A stretch of DNA of 36,058 bases from positions 1 through 36,058 of the IMG/VR virus record IMGVR_UViG_3300016662_000121; one strand, 5' to 3'. This DNA comes from a virus (taxonomy: Duplodnaviria > Caudoviricetes). Numbering within the stretch: the stretch's first letter is position 1; every line of letters starts with the position of its first letter. This document shows, in pieces, positions 1-8,213 of the stretch. The position numbers were made by a program, and so were the translations under genes. A model generated the notes under the pieces. The model did not search any database and had not been told where the DNA came from. It worked only from the letters and a program-made list of their open reading frames with translations.

Positions 1-2583
1 TTAGATCCGGTTCTTAAGTGCATATAACATTTCGAGTGCCCGACGCGGCGTCACGTCATCGAGATCCAGTTTGGCCAGTTCGTCCAGTACCGGGTGCGGC
101 AGGCTGGCAAACATGTCGCTTTGCTGCGGTGTCGCCGGTTTGCCTTTGGCGGCAGGCTTTGGCGCCTCATGGGGCAGTGCGGTGTCTTCCAGTCGGCTCA
201 GATGCTCGCGTGCGCGCACGATGACTTCGCTCGGTACACCGGCCAGTTGTGCCACCGCCAGGCCATAACTTTGGCTGGCAGGCCCCGGTAACACATGGTG
301 CAGGAACACGATGCGTTCGTTGTGCTCGGTGGCGTTGAGGTGCACGTTGGCCACCAGAGGCTCGGCTTCCGGCAATACGGTCAGTTCGAAATAGTGCGTT
401 GCAAATAGAGTATAGGCACGCAAATGTGCCAGTCGCTCAGCCGCCGCCCATGCCAGCGACAAACCGTCGAAGGTGCTGGTGCCGCGACCGACTTCGTCCA
501 TCAGCACCAGGCTGCGCTCGGTGGCGTTGTGCAGGATGTTGGCGGTTTCGCTCATTTCCACCATGAAGGTCGAGCGGCCGCCGGCCAGGTCATCGCTGGA
601 GCCGATCCGGGTGAAAATCCGGTCCACCAGCGACAGTTCGCAGCTGGCTGCCGGCACGAAGCTGCCGATATGCGCCAGCAGCACGATCAATGCAGTCTGG
701 CGCATATAGGTGGATTTACCGCCCATGTTCGGACCGGTGATCACCAGCATCCGGGTGTTGTCGTCCAGGCTCAGATCGTTGGCCACGAACGGCGTGGTCA
801 GTACTTGCTCGACCACCGGGTGACGGCCCTGGGTGATGCGCATGCACGGTTCGCTGACGAAGGTCGGGCAGTTCAGGTCGAGATTCAGAGCACGCTCGGC
901 GAGGTTGCTCAGCACATCCAGTTCAGCCAGTGCGCCAGCGGTGTCCTGCAGCGGTGGCAACTGGCTGATCAGATCTTCCAGAAGCGCTTCGTAAAGCATC
1001 TTCTCGCGAGCCAGGGCACGGCTCTTGGCCGACAGCGCCTTGTCTTCGAATTCTTTCAACTCAGGGGTGATAAAGCGCTCGGCACCCTTGAGGGTCTGAC
1101 GGCGAATGTAGTCTGCCGGTGCCGATTCGGCCTGCTTGCTCGGCAGTTCGATGAAGTAGCCGTGGATACGGTTGTAGCCGACTTTCAGGTTGGCCAGGCC
1201 GGTACGGGCCTTTTCCCGGGCTTCCAGATCGATCAGGAACTGACCGGCGTTTTCGCTCAGCGATTGCAGCTCGTCGAGCTCGCTGTCGTAGCCGGTTTTC
1301 AGTACGCCACCGTCACGGATCACTGCCGGTGGGTTGTCGATAATGGCTCTTTCCAGCAGCGCCGCCAGTTCCGGGTAAGTGCTGGTGGTGGTGGCCAGGC
1401 GTTGCAGGTGTGGCGCTTCCAGGTCGGTCATCGCCACTTGCAGTTCAGGCAGGGCGCCGAGTGCATCACGCAGGCGAGCGAGGTCGCGAGGGCGGGCATT
1501 GCGCAGACCGATCCGCGCCAGAATCCGCTCGATGTCGCCGATTTCCTTGAGCTGCGGTTGCAGGCTTTCAAAGCGATAGCGGTCGAGCAGGCAAGTGATC
1601 GAGCTCTGGCGAGCCAGCAGCACGGTCAGGTCGCGCAACGGGCGGTTCAGCCAGCGGGTCAGCAAGCGGCTGCCCATGGCGGTCTGGCAACGGTCGACCA
1701 CCGATTGCAGGGTGTTGTCGCGGCCACCGGCCAGGTTGGTATCGAGTTCCAGGTTGCGGCGGCTGGCGCCGTCCAGCACCACGGTATCGTCCAGCCGTTC
1801 ATGCCGCAGGCTGCGCAGATGGGGCAGGGCGGTACGCTGGGTTTCCTTGGCGTACGCCAGCAGGCAACCGGCGGCGCCGATGGCCAGGGTCAATGTTTCG
1901 CAGCCGAAGCCTTTGAGGTCCTGGGTCGAAAACTGCTGGCAAAGACTTTTCAGCGCCGAGTCCCGCTCGAAATCCCACGGCGCACGACGACGAACGCCAC
2001 GGCGCTTTTCCGCCGGCAGATCCTTCGGCCAGTCATCCGGGATCAGCAACTCGACCGGGTTGACCCGCTCCAGCTCCGCCAGCAGGTTCTCCCAACCCTT
2101 GATCTCGAGCACGGTGAAGTTGCCGCTGGTGATGTCCAGCACCGCCAGACCGAACAGGCGCTCATCGCCCAGCACCGCCGCAATAAGATTGTCGCGACGT
2201 TCATCGAGCAGTGCCTCGTCGCTGACCGTGCCCGGGGTGATGATCCGCACCACCTGACGCTCGACCGGGCCCTTGCTGGTGGCCGGGTCGCCGACCTGCT
2301 CGCAGATCACGACCGACTCGCCCAGCTTGACCAGCTTCGCCAGATAGCCTTCCGCCGCGTGATACGGAATCCCGCACATCGGAATCGCCTGGCCCGCCGA
2401 CTGCCCGCGAGCGGTCAGGGTGATGTCCAGCAACTTGGCCGCCTTCTTCGCGTCTTCGTAGAAGATCTCGTAGAAGTCGCCCATGCGGTAGAACATCAGC
2501 TGGTCCGGGTGCTGATTCTTCAGGCGCCAGTACTGCTGCATCATCGGGGTGTGGGAGGACAGGTCGGAGACGGCTTTATTCAT
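1..2583 (-). CDS. mutS: DNA mismatch repair protein MutS (860 aa from MNKAVSDL)
   Basis: TPMMQQY and [11 protein letters not shown] mismatch-binding motifs, Walker [34 protein letters not shown]. Start moved to the ATG at 2583. Confidence 0.98.
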   Translation of the reverse strand: MNKAVSDLSSHTPMMQQYWRLKNQHPDQLMFYRMGDFYEIFYEDAKKAAKLLDITLTARGQSAGQAIPMCGIPYHAAEGYLAKLVKLGESVVICEQVGDPATSKGPVERQVVRIITPGTVSDEALLDERRDNLIAAVLGDERLFGLAVLDITSGNFTVLEIKGWENLLAELERVNPVELLIPDDWPKDLPAEKRRGVRRRAPWDFERDSALKSLCQQFSTQDLKGFGCETLTLAIGAAGCLLAYAKETQRTALPHLRSLRHERLDDTVVLDGASRRNLELDTNLAGGRDNTLQSVVDRCQTAMGSRLLTRWLNRPLRDLTVLLARQSSITCLLDRYRFESLQPQLKEIGDIERILARIGLRNARPRDLARLRDALGALPELQVAMTDLEAPHLQRLATTTSTYPELAALLERAIIDNPPAVIRDGGVLKTGYDSELDELQSLSENAGQFLIDLEAREKARTGLANLKVGYNRIHGYFIELPSKQAESAPADYIRRQTLKGAERFITPELKEFEDKALSAKSRALAREKMLYEALLEDLISQLPPLQDTAGALAELDVLSNLAERALNLDLNCPTFVSEPCMRITQGRHPVVEQVLTTPFVANDLSLDDNTRMLVITGPNMGGKSTYMRQTALIVLLAHIGSFVPAASCELSLVDRIFTRIGSSDDLAGGRSTFMVEMSETANILHNATERSLVLMDEVGRGTSTFDGLSLAWAAAERLAHLRAYTLFATHYFELTVLPEAEPLVANVHLNATEHNERIVFLHHVLPGPASQSYGLAVAQLAGVPSEVIVRAREHLSRLEDTALPHEAPKPAAKGKPATPQQSDMFASLPHPVLDELAKLDLDDVTPRRALEMLYALKNRI

Positions 2584-2743
2584 CGGATTGTCAGGTAACT
2601 CGTTGGAAGGTGTGGGGCAAAAGCGGGGCAATCGCCGGGCTTTTCCGCGATGGGCGCAAGGTTACCATGGGCAGTCTGTCGGACGCAGGCATCGCGGCCG
2701 GGTGACATCTATCTGGCGCAAAAAGGTCGACTATGCACGATTT

Positions 2744-2757
2744 ATGCAAATCAGCAT
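2744..2757. promoter_or_regulatory. Putative repressor operator ATGC-N6-GCAT upstream of prtR
   Basis: ATGCaaatcaGCAT; same dyad recurs at 3645-3658 and 3668-3681. Confidence 0.55.
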
Positions 2758-2786
2758 TTGTCTTCGCGAAAAACTTCAAGCACTAT
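2758..2786 (+). promoter_or_regulatory. Putative sigma70 promoter of prtR
   Basis: TTGTCT (2758-2763), 17 bp spacer, CACTAT (2781-2786); predicted +1 near the ATG at 2794. Confidence 0.5.
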
Positions 2787-2793
2787 GCGCGTT

Positions 2794-3528
2794 ATGCAAA
2801 AACGCAACGTATCCTCCGTCTTAAGAGCACTGCTCGATCAGCACGGGATCTCCCCCACGGAGCTCCACCGTCGCACCGGCGTGCCTCAATCCACTCTCTC
2901 GCGGATTCTCAGCGGGAAGATCGTCGATCCTTCGGATAAACACATCTCGAAGATCGCCGAGTACTTCGCCGTGAGTACCGATCAGTTGCGCGGGCGCGCG
3001 GATGTTGCGCCGGTCGCGGGCGGCGGGCGCGAGGAGTTGCATTCCGAACTCAAGGACATAAGCCTGTGGGACGATGACACGCCCGTCGATGACGACGAGG
3101 TGTCGGTGCCCTTCCTTCGCGAGGTTGAATTGGCTGCTGGATCAGGAAGATTCGTCATCGAAGAGAGCGAACGCTCTAGCCTGCGCTTCGGCAAGCGCAG
3201 CCTGCGCCATAACGGCGTGCAGTTCGACCAGGCCAAATGCGTGACCGTACGGGGCAACAGCATGTTGCCGGTGCTGCGTGACGGTGCCACCGTCGGTGTG
3301 AACGCGGGCAAGTGCGGGATCGGCGATATCATTGATGGCGACCTTTATGCGATCAACCACAACGGTCAGTTGCGGGTGAAGCAGCTCTATCGCCTGCCAA
3401 CCGGTATTCGCCTGCGCAGCTTCAATCGCGACGAGCATCCGGACGAGGACTACAGCTTCCAGGATATGCAGGAAGAGCAGATCGTCATCCTTGGTCACGT
3501 CTTCTGGTGGGGCATGTACGCCCGGTAA
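2794..3528 (+). CDS. prtR: PrtR-like XRE-family repressor with C-terminal S24 autopeptidase (RecA*-cleavable tailocin repressor)
   Basis: N-terminal HTH (ISPTELHRRTGVPQSTLSRIL), AAG cleavage motif (ELAAGSG), catalytic Ser (GNSMLP) and Lys (VKQL); position next to mutS. Confidence 0.9.
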   Translation: MQKRNVSSVLRALLDQHGISPTELHRRTGVPQSTLSRILSGKIVDPSDKHISKIAEYFAVSTDQLRGRADVAPVAGGGREELHSELKDISLWDDDTPVDDDEVSVPFLREVELAAGSGRFVIEESERSSLRFGKRSLRHNGVQFDQAKCVTVRGNSMLPVLRDGATVGVNAGKCGIGDIIDGDLYAINHNGQLRVKQLYRLPTGIRLRSFNRDEHPDEDYSFQDMQEEQIVILGHVFWWGMYAR

Positions 3529-3545
3529 CGATCCCTCTCTCAGAT

Positions 3546-3571
3546 AAAACCCGCCACGGCGGGTTTTTTTT
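3546..3571 (+). terminator. Intrinsic terminator after prtR
   Basis: AAAACCCGCCACGGCGGGTTTTTTTT: GC stem plus long U tract. Confidence 0.85.
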
Positions 3572-3613
3572 CGCCTGTAGAAAACCGGACAACCCTTGAT
3601 TGGCAGGGCTTCC

Positions 3614-3686
3614 ATGCATCCGCGCAATTCTCGTGCATAAATAAATGCATTTACGCATTGACTGGATATGCATGAATGCATATTCT
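3614..3686 (+). promoter_or_regulatory. Main tailocin operon promoter overlapped by ATGC-N6-GCAW operators
   Basis: TTGACT (3658-3663), 17 bp, TATTCT (3681-3686); dyads at 3614-3627 (GCAA variant), 3645-3658 and 3668-3681. Confidence 0.75.
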
Positions 3687-3692
3687 TGCCAC

Positions 3693-3988
3693 CAAGCCGC
3701 TCGACAAAGCGGCTGGCAACAACAGCTCTTTAGTTCCACAAGAACAGGCAGCGATGAACCGGCCTCAACGGTTCAGAGGGTTGGCAACTGACCCGGGTGT
3801 GCAGCGTAAAGCACCAGAAGCAGTTATCCGGCGGGCAGGGACCGCGGTCGGAAAAACAATTTGAACGGACTCGTACCGCGCCAGTAGCGCCGAAAAGTCA
3901 GCTTCCTTCACGTACACAGGATTGAAGGAAGGCGAAGGAGCGCATTACTGAAAAGCCCGGTGAAATGCCGGGCTTTTTGGAATGCCTG
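3693..3988 (+). ncRNA. Putative structured leader RNA ending in a terminator
   Basis: Hairpins 3695-3714, 3755-3775, 3778-3794 (GCAA loop), 3843-3880, 3902-3931; boxA-like GCTCTTTA 3725-3732; no convincing ORF. Confidence 0.5.
3941..3988 (+). terminator. Terminator-like element, copy 1 of a direct repeat
   Basis: CGCATTACTGAAAAGCCCGG-tgaaatg-CCGGGCTTTTTGGAATGCCTG. Confidence 0.8.
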
Positions 3989-4088
3989 TCCTGGGCGCCA
4001 ACATCGAAACTCATTGTGCCCGCGAGTGCGGGTGGGCAATGGACGTCGATAAACCACCTATCAGACGACACTGAAAAAAGGAAAAAAC

Positions 4089-4511
4089 ATGCGCCGATAT
4101 GGACGTGTTGATCAGGATCGAATTGTCGAGTTTTTTGAAACCGACGGTGATATCACACAAATTTTTCACCCAAGCATTATCTGGGCAGAAGTGACCGATC
4201 ACCCCGAAGTACAACTGGGCTGGGTCGCCACCAAAACCGACGGTGTCTGGACCTTCGCCGCCTATGTGCCGCCACCGCCGACCGAAGAGGAACTCATCGC
4301 TCAGGCGCAACTGAACAAATGGCAACTGTTGAACGTGGCCGCCAACTGGCTGCTGCTCAACTCCCTGCAGTTCAAGGTCGACACCGGTGTGGCCACCCCT
4401 GACGAACAGGCTCTGTTGCTGGCTCACAAGATGTACTCCATCGCTGTCAGCGACATCGACAAACAATCGGGTTACCCGGCAAACATTGTCTGGCCGGTGG
4501 CTCCGTACTGA
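4089..4511 (+). CDS. Orphan tail fibre assembly (Tfa) protein
   Basis: C-terminal Tfa-type signature LQFKVDTGVATPDEQALLLAHKMY...YPANIVWPVAP; AAGGA RBS. Confidence 0.75.
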   Translation: MRRYGRVDQDRIVEFFETDGDITQIFHPSIIWAEVTDHPEVQLGWVATKTDGVWTFAAYVPPPPTEEELIAQAQLNKWQLLNVAANWLLLNSLQFKVDTGVATPDEQALLLAHKMYSIAVSDIDKQSGYPANIVWPVAPY

Positions 4512-4560
4512 CGGTGTTTGAAAGACAGCACTGACGACTATCAAATCAAAGGAAGCAAGA

Positions 4561-4980
4561 ATGAATCGCTACATACTGATGACCGCGGCCAACTCCTACA
4601 ACCTTGTCCTCGACGTGGTGGATACCGACGGGCCGATCCCTGAGGTGCCGGCAGATGAGCCCTTTTCGAGCTGGCAGGACTATACCGGTAACACTACTGC
4701 AGAGCCGGGTATGAAAATGGTATGGAACGGGCTACCGAGTTTTGTTCCGACAACCGCAACTGAGCGGGAGGCCATGAAACAGGGACGCATTCAAACGCGG
4801 CTTCAGGCTGCCCAAAGCTGGTTGATGTTCAATCCCGTGCAATACAAATCGGATCTGGGGACTGCCTCTCCAGCCGAGGAGGCCGCATTGCTTGCCTACA
4901 AGCAGTACTTCGTTGCGGTCGCCGAAGTGAAAAATCAAACCACCTTTCCGAAGCTCAACTGGCCGGTCGCACCGTTCTGA
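4561..4980 (+). CDS. Second orphan tail fibre assembly (Tfa) protein
   Basis: VQYKSDLGTASPAEEAALLAYKQY...FPKLNWPVAP; C-terminal half is paralogous to 4089-4511, N-terminal half differs. Confidence 0.75.
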   Translation: MNRYILMTAANSYNLVLDVVDTDGPIPEVPADEPFSSWQDYTGNTTAEPGMKMVWNGLPSFVPTTATEREAMKQGRIQTRLQAAQSWLMFNPVQYKSDLGTASPAEEAALLAYKQYFVAVAEVKNQTTFPKLNWPVAPF

Positions 4981-5010
4981 TCCAGCGAGCTTCAAACTCG
5001 ACATCGAGAA

Positions 5011-5059
5011 CGCATTACTGAAAAGCCCGGCCCTTGTGCCGGGCTTTTTGGAATGCCTG
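5011..5059 (+). terminator. Terminator-like element, copy 2 of the direct repeat
   Basis: CGCATTACTGAAAAGCCCGG-cccttgtg-CCGGGCTTTTTGGAATGCCTG; only the loop differs from 3941-3988. Confidence 0.8.
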
Positions 5060-5121
5060 CCTCGAGAGAAAACGTTTGAACCCGACACACACCATTCATC
5101 CATCACACCAGGAGGCGTGAC

Positions 5122-5469
5122 ATGACAAACGAGCAACAAGCGTTGGCGGACATGCCGATCTGGCTGGTCATCCTGCTTGCCGTGGCGGGCGGGGTCTCCG
5201 GCGAAATGTGGCGCGCCGACAAGGACGGCGCCCGCGGCTGGCCGTTGCTGCGCCGGCTGGCCCTGCGCTCCGGCGCCTGCATGATCTGCGGCGTCTCGGC
5301 GATCATGCTGCTGTACGCCGCCGGCATGTCGATCTGGGCCGCCGGCGCTTTTGGCTGCCTTACCGCAATGGCCGGTGCCGACGTGGCCATCGGTCTGTAT
5401 GAACGCTGGGCCGCCAAACGCATCGGCGTCTGCGAAGTTCCGCCCGCCAATACGAATAAGGAGCAATGA
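5122..5469 (+). CDS. Phage-type holin of the tailocin lysis system
   Basis: 115 aa with several hydrophobic helices; AGGAGG RBS; typical position upstream of the tail genes. Confidence 0.85.
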   Translation: MTNEQQALADMPIWLVILLAVAGGVSGEMWRADKDGARGWPLLRRLALRSGACMICGVSAIMLLYAAGMSIWAAGAFGCLTAMAGADVAIGLYERWAAKRIGVCEVPPANTNKEQ

Positions 5470-5504
5470 AAAAATACAGCGGTATTTGAAAAGGAGTTCA
5501 TTTC

Positions 5505-5663
5505 ATGTTGAGCGATTTTCGTTGTGGAAAATGCAATCGGTTACTCGCAAAAGTAGATCCACTTCATCAAGTGCAAATCAAATGCCCTAGATGCAGGACG
5601 TTGAATTACGCGAAAACGGGATGCTTTAAAAAATCGCCTGTGAGCGAACCAGGGCAGCATTGA
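5505..5663 (+). CDS. Mu Com-family zinc-finger protein (52 aa, not in ORF track)
   Basis: Hand translation MLSDFRCGKCNRLLAKVDPLHQVQIKCPRCRTLNYAKTGCFKKSPVSEPGQH; RCxxCNRLL...IKCPRCxxxN signature; AAGGAG RBS at 5491-5496. Confidence 0.85.
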   Translation: MLSDFRCGKCNRLLAKVDPLHQVQIKCPRCRTLNYAKTGCFKKSPVSEPGQH

Positions 5664-5700
5664 CTGCTAATAATAAATAATCGACTTATAGGTGATATAT

Positions 5701-6552
5701 ATGGCTACATTGCCGCGTTACCCCTTTACAACCGACGGCAGTTCGATTCTGTTGCCGCTGCATGAAATGTCTGCTGGACAATATCTTCAGTCGCCAGACA
5801 AGCGTTTTAAATTGATTGTTCAACCCGATGGCAATCTGGCGATTTACGAAGGAGCAAATACAGTTTGGGTGGCGATTGCCGGTCAACCCTATACAAGCTC
5901 CGGGAAGCAGATAGACAACTCAAAAATTTACTTTTATCTGATGTATTACGCGTTCCTCAACGATCCAACGCGTGGCCGTATGTGGGGCACTGCTAACAGC
6001 ACGCCTCTCAATTCTGATATCTGGGCGGCTTACAATCGTGCCTATCTATCTCTGCAGAATGATGGAAACCTTGTAGTGGTCGACTCGATTCCCGTCTGGT
6101 CAAGCAACTCTGCCATTCCTATCAGTCCATCTGTGGAGTCCGTATATATTCCGGCGGGTACAACGCTTGAGGTTGACCGTCGGTATGTTGTGGGAGGGAC
6201 GACTCTGGTCTTCCAGTCGGATGGAAATCTGGTGGTTTCAAACGGACCACTTGGAGTCCTGTGGGCGAGCTGGACCCAGAACAAAGGTGCCACTCGTGCA
6301 GTCATGCAAGAAGATGGAAATTTTGTGATCTATGGACAAAACAATACACCGCTCTGGTTTACCGGAACTGCCGGTCAGCCAGGTGCAATGGCGAAAGTTC
6401 AGGCAAATGGCAGTTTCTCTATTGTCAGTGAAAAGCCGGTTTGGGCTCGATTTGGTTTCACGCCAACTATTTTGCCAAAACGCGTATTCCAGTGGGACAA
6501 CGGACCATGGAAACCGCTAATCGAAATTCCTTTGTGGCGTTTTAAAGATTAA
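5701..6552 (+). CDS. llpA: LlpA / L-type lectin-like bacteriocin (tandem monocot mannose-binding lectin domains)
   Basis: QxDxNxVxY-type motifs QPDGNLAIY, QNDGNLVVV, QSDGNLVVS, QEDGNFVIY; LQSPDKRFKL and PVWARFGFTP signatures; 283 aa; AT-richer than flanks. Confidence 0.9.
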   Translation: MATLPRYPFTTDGSSILLPLHEMSAGQYLQSPDKRFKLIVQPDGNLAIYEGANTVWVAIAGQPYTSSGKQIDNSKIYFYLMYYAFLNDPTRGRMWGTANSTPLNSDIWAAYNRAYLSLQNDGNLVVVDSIPVWSSNSAIPISPSVESVYIPAGTTLEVDRRYVVGGTTLVFQSDGNLVVSNGPLGVLWASWTQNKGATRAVMQEDGNFVIYGQNNTPLWFTGTAGQPGAMAKVQANGSFSIVSEKPVWARFGFTPTILPKRVFQWDNGPWKPLIEIPLWRFKD

Positions 6553-6560
6553 TTATTTTG

Positions 6561-6589
6561 AAATTTGCCTCCCGCTTGGGAGGCATTTT
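6561..6589 (+). terminator. Terminator after llpA
   Basis: TGCCTCCC-GCTT-GGGAGGCA followed by TTTT. Confidence 0.7.
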
Positions 6590-6732
6590 CATAATGCTTC
6601 CATCCGATGTTTTATGCGTGCTTCACGAAGTTTCAATTTGAATTTATCGTTTTTTAGCTGAAACCCGATATTTCGCCTCGCTGCATGTTCTGCGGCGGGA
6701 CTGCGCGTGGACATTCAAAAAGGAGGTCATGC

Positions 6733-7254
6733 ATGCCTGCACCGATCCGACAGCCTTCGCAGCTGTTCACGGCAATGGCGACAGCCTTGCGCAATAACGC
6801 CGACCTGAACGTGCAGGTCGGCGATCACGATGACTTCACGGTACCCGGCGACAAAGCCTGGGTGTTGATCGACATCGAACGAAATGCACCGGGAGAGCGC
6901 GCGGCCAATGGGCGCATTGCCCACGCATTGACGCTGTCCCTTCAAGTCATTCCGGCCATTTCCGCAACGGCGTTTGCCGCGTGCGATCTGATCGCCGCCC
7001 TGAAAAACCTGATCACCGACAACCGCTGGGGCCTGCCCGGCGATCAGTGCGATCTGCCGATGAACATCGATGGTTTGCCGTCGCTGGCGATTCGCGCCGA
7101 TCAGCCTAACAAGGCGTGGACCCTGACATTCAACCAGACCCTCTACCTGGGCCCGACCTTGCTCGACGACCCGCTCGGCACACCGAAATTCGCCCGCACC
7201 TGGGAAGTCAGCGACATCGACGACCCCGACCAATACACCTCGCTGGAGGCTTGA
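6733..7254 (+). CDS. Tailocin 1 first gene, probable tail completion/terminator protein
   Basis: AGGAGG RBS before ATG 6733 (MPAPIRQ); precedes the spike gene; function from position only. Confidence 0.55.
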   Translation: MPAPIRQPSQLFTAMATALRNNADLNVQVGDHDDFTVPGDKAWVLIDIERNAPGERAANGRIAHALTLSLQVIPAISATAFAACDLIAALKNLITDNRWGLPGDQCDLPMNIDGLPSLAIRADQPNKAWTLTFNQTLYLGPTLLDDPLGTPKFARTWEVSDIDDPDQYTSLEA

Positions 7255-7257
7255 CCG

Positions 7258-7866
7258 ATGTTCGACGCATTACTGCGTATGCAACTGGGCCCGATCATCG
7301 AGCGCCTCACGGAAATGGAAGCGGAGATCGAAGACTTGCACCGACGCGCCGAAAGCTATTGCCGCATCGGCATTTGTCAGGAAGTCGACGCTGCGAGCAA
7401 CACCTGCAAGGTCAGTCACGGTGGATTGCTCACCCCGGCGATCAAGTTCTTCAACCCGAGCGCCGGCGCCCAGAGCGAATCGCGGATTCCCAGCGTGGGT
7501 GAACAGTGTCTGCTGTTCAACTACGGCAGCGGCGAAAGCAGTGCGCAAAGCGTGGCGTTGTTCGGCTTGAACAGTGACCGCTTTCCACCCGTTGCGACCG
7601 TCCCCACGCTGACGCGACGGGTGCATGCCGATGGCAGCGAAAGCGGCTACGACGACGCCACGCACACCCTGCACTGGCAAAACGGCCCGGCCGCGTTCAG
7701 CGGCTCTCGCGAAGCGCTTGAACTGAGCATCGGCCCCGCGCGGCTGGCGATGACGCCGCAAGCGATCAACCTGCAACTGGGCGCCACCGGCCTGACCATC
7801 GACGCCTCGGGCGTGCACTTCAGCGGCCCGTTGGTGGATCACCAGGGTCGCGTCATCAGCCCCTGA
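7258..7866 (+). CDS. Baseplate spike, P2 gpV-like
   Basis: PSVGEQCLL motif, DGSESGYD beta-repeat region. Confidence 0.85.
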   Translation: MFDALLRMQLGPIIERLTEMEAEIEDLHRRAESYCRIGICQEVDAASNTCKVSHGGLLTPAIKFFNPSAGAQSESRIPSVGEQCLLFNYGSGESSAQSVALFGLNSDRFPPVATVPTLTRRVHADGSESGYDDATHTLHWQNGPAAFSGSREALELSIGPARLAMTPQAINLQLGATGLTIDASGVHFSGPLVDHQGRVISP

Positions 7867-7880
7867 ATCAAGAGCCTCCC

Positions 7881-8213
7881 ATGATCGGAATCGACAGAGA
7901 CACCGGGGCCACGGTCGACGACTGGCTGCAATTCGTGCAGCGCGCGACACGAGCCCTGACCACGCCGCTGGGCACCCGGCAAAAAAGGCCCCTTTATGGT
8001 TCGTTGATCCCCACGCTGCTGGGGCAAAACCTCGGCGATGACGTCCTGCTTCTGGCCCAGAGCCACGCTGCGCAGGCGTTCTACAACCCGCAGAACGGTA
8101 TCGGCGATTTCCAGCCTGGCGTGATCGTCGCCACCCGTCAGGGCGCCGGCCTGCTGCTGCGTTTTGCCGGCACCTGGAAAAACCGCCAACAGACTTTCGA
8201 GGTCGTGACATGA
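7881..8213 (+). CDS. Baseplate wedge, P2 gpW / gp25-like
   Basis: MIGIDRDTG, LTTPLGTRQKRPLYGS. Confidence 0.85.
   Translation: MIGIDRDTGATVDDWLQFVQRATRALTTPLGTRQKRPLYGSLIPTLLGQNLGDDVLLLAQSHAAQAFYNPQNGIGDFQPGVIVATRQGAGLLLRFAGTWKNRQQTFEVVT

Noticed and set aside
424-2598. 724-aa plus-strand ORF opposite mutS
   Set aside because: Antisense shadow of a GC-rich, codon-biased gene; no recognisable motifs
2650-2793. Upstream extensions in the ORF track (prtR, mutS, 6685, 9145, 15286, 18579, 32783, 34929, 35384)
   Set aside because: Downstream ATGs fit RBSs, gene overlaps and family N-termini better
3600-3700. LexA SOS box at the operon promoter
   Set aside because: No CTG-N10-CAG dyad found here; CTGGATAT at 3662 is only a half-site
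3676-3864. 62-aa ORF in the leader
   Set aside because: Its ATG lies inside the promoter spacer, upstream of the predicted +1, with no RBS
5466-5489. Mini-ORF MKKYSGI overlapping the holin stop
   Set aside because: Seven codons with poor RBS spacing; cannot be told from chance
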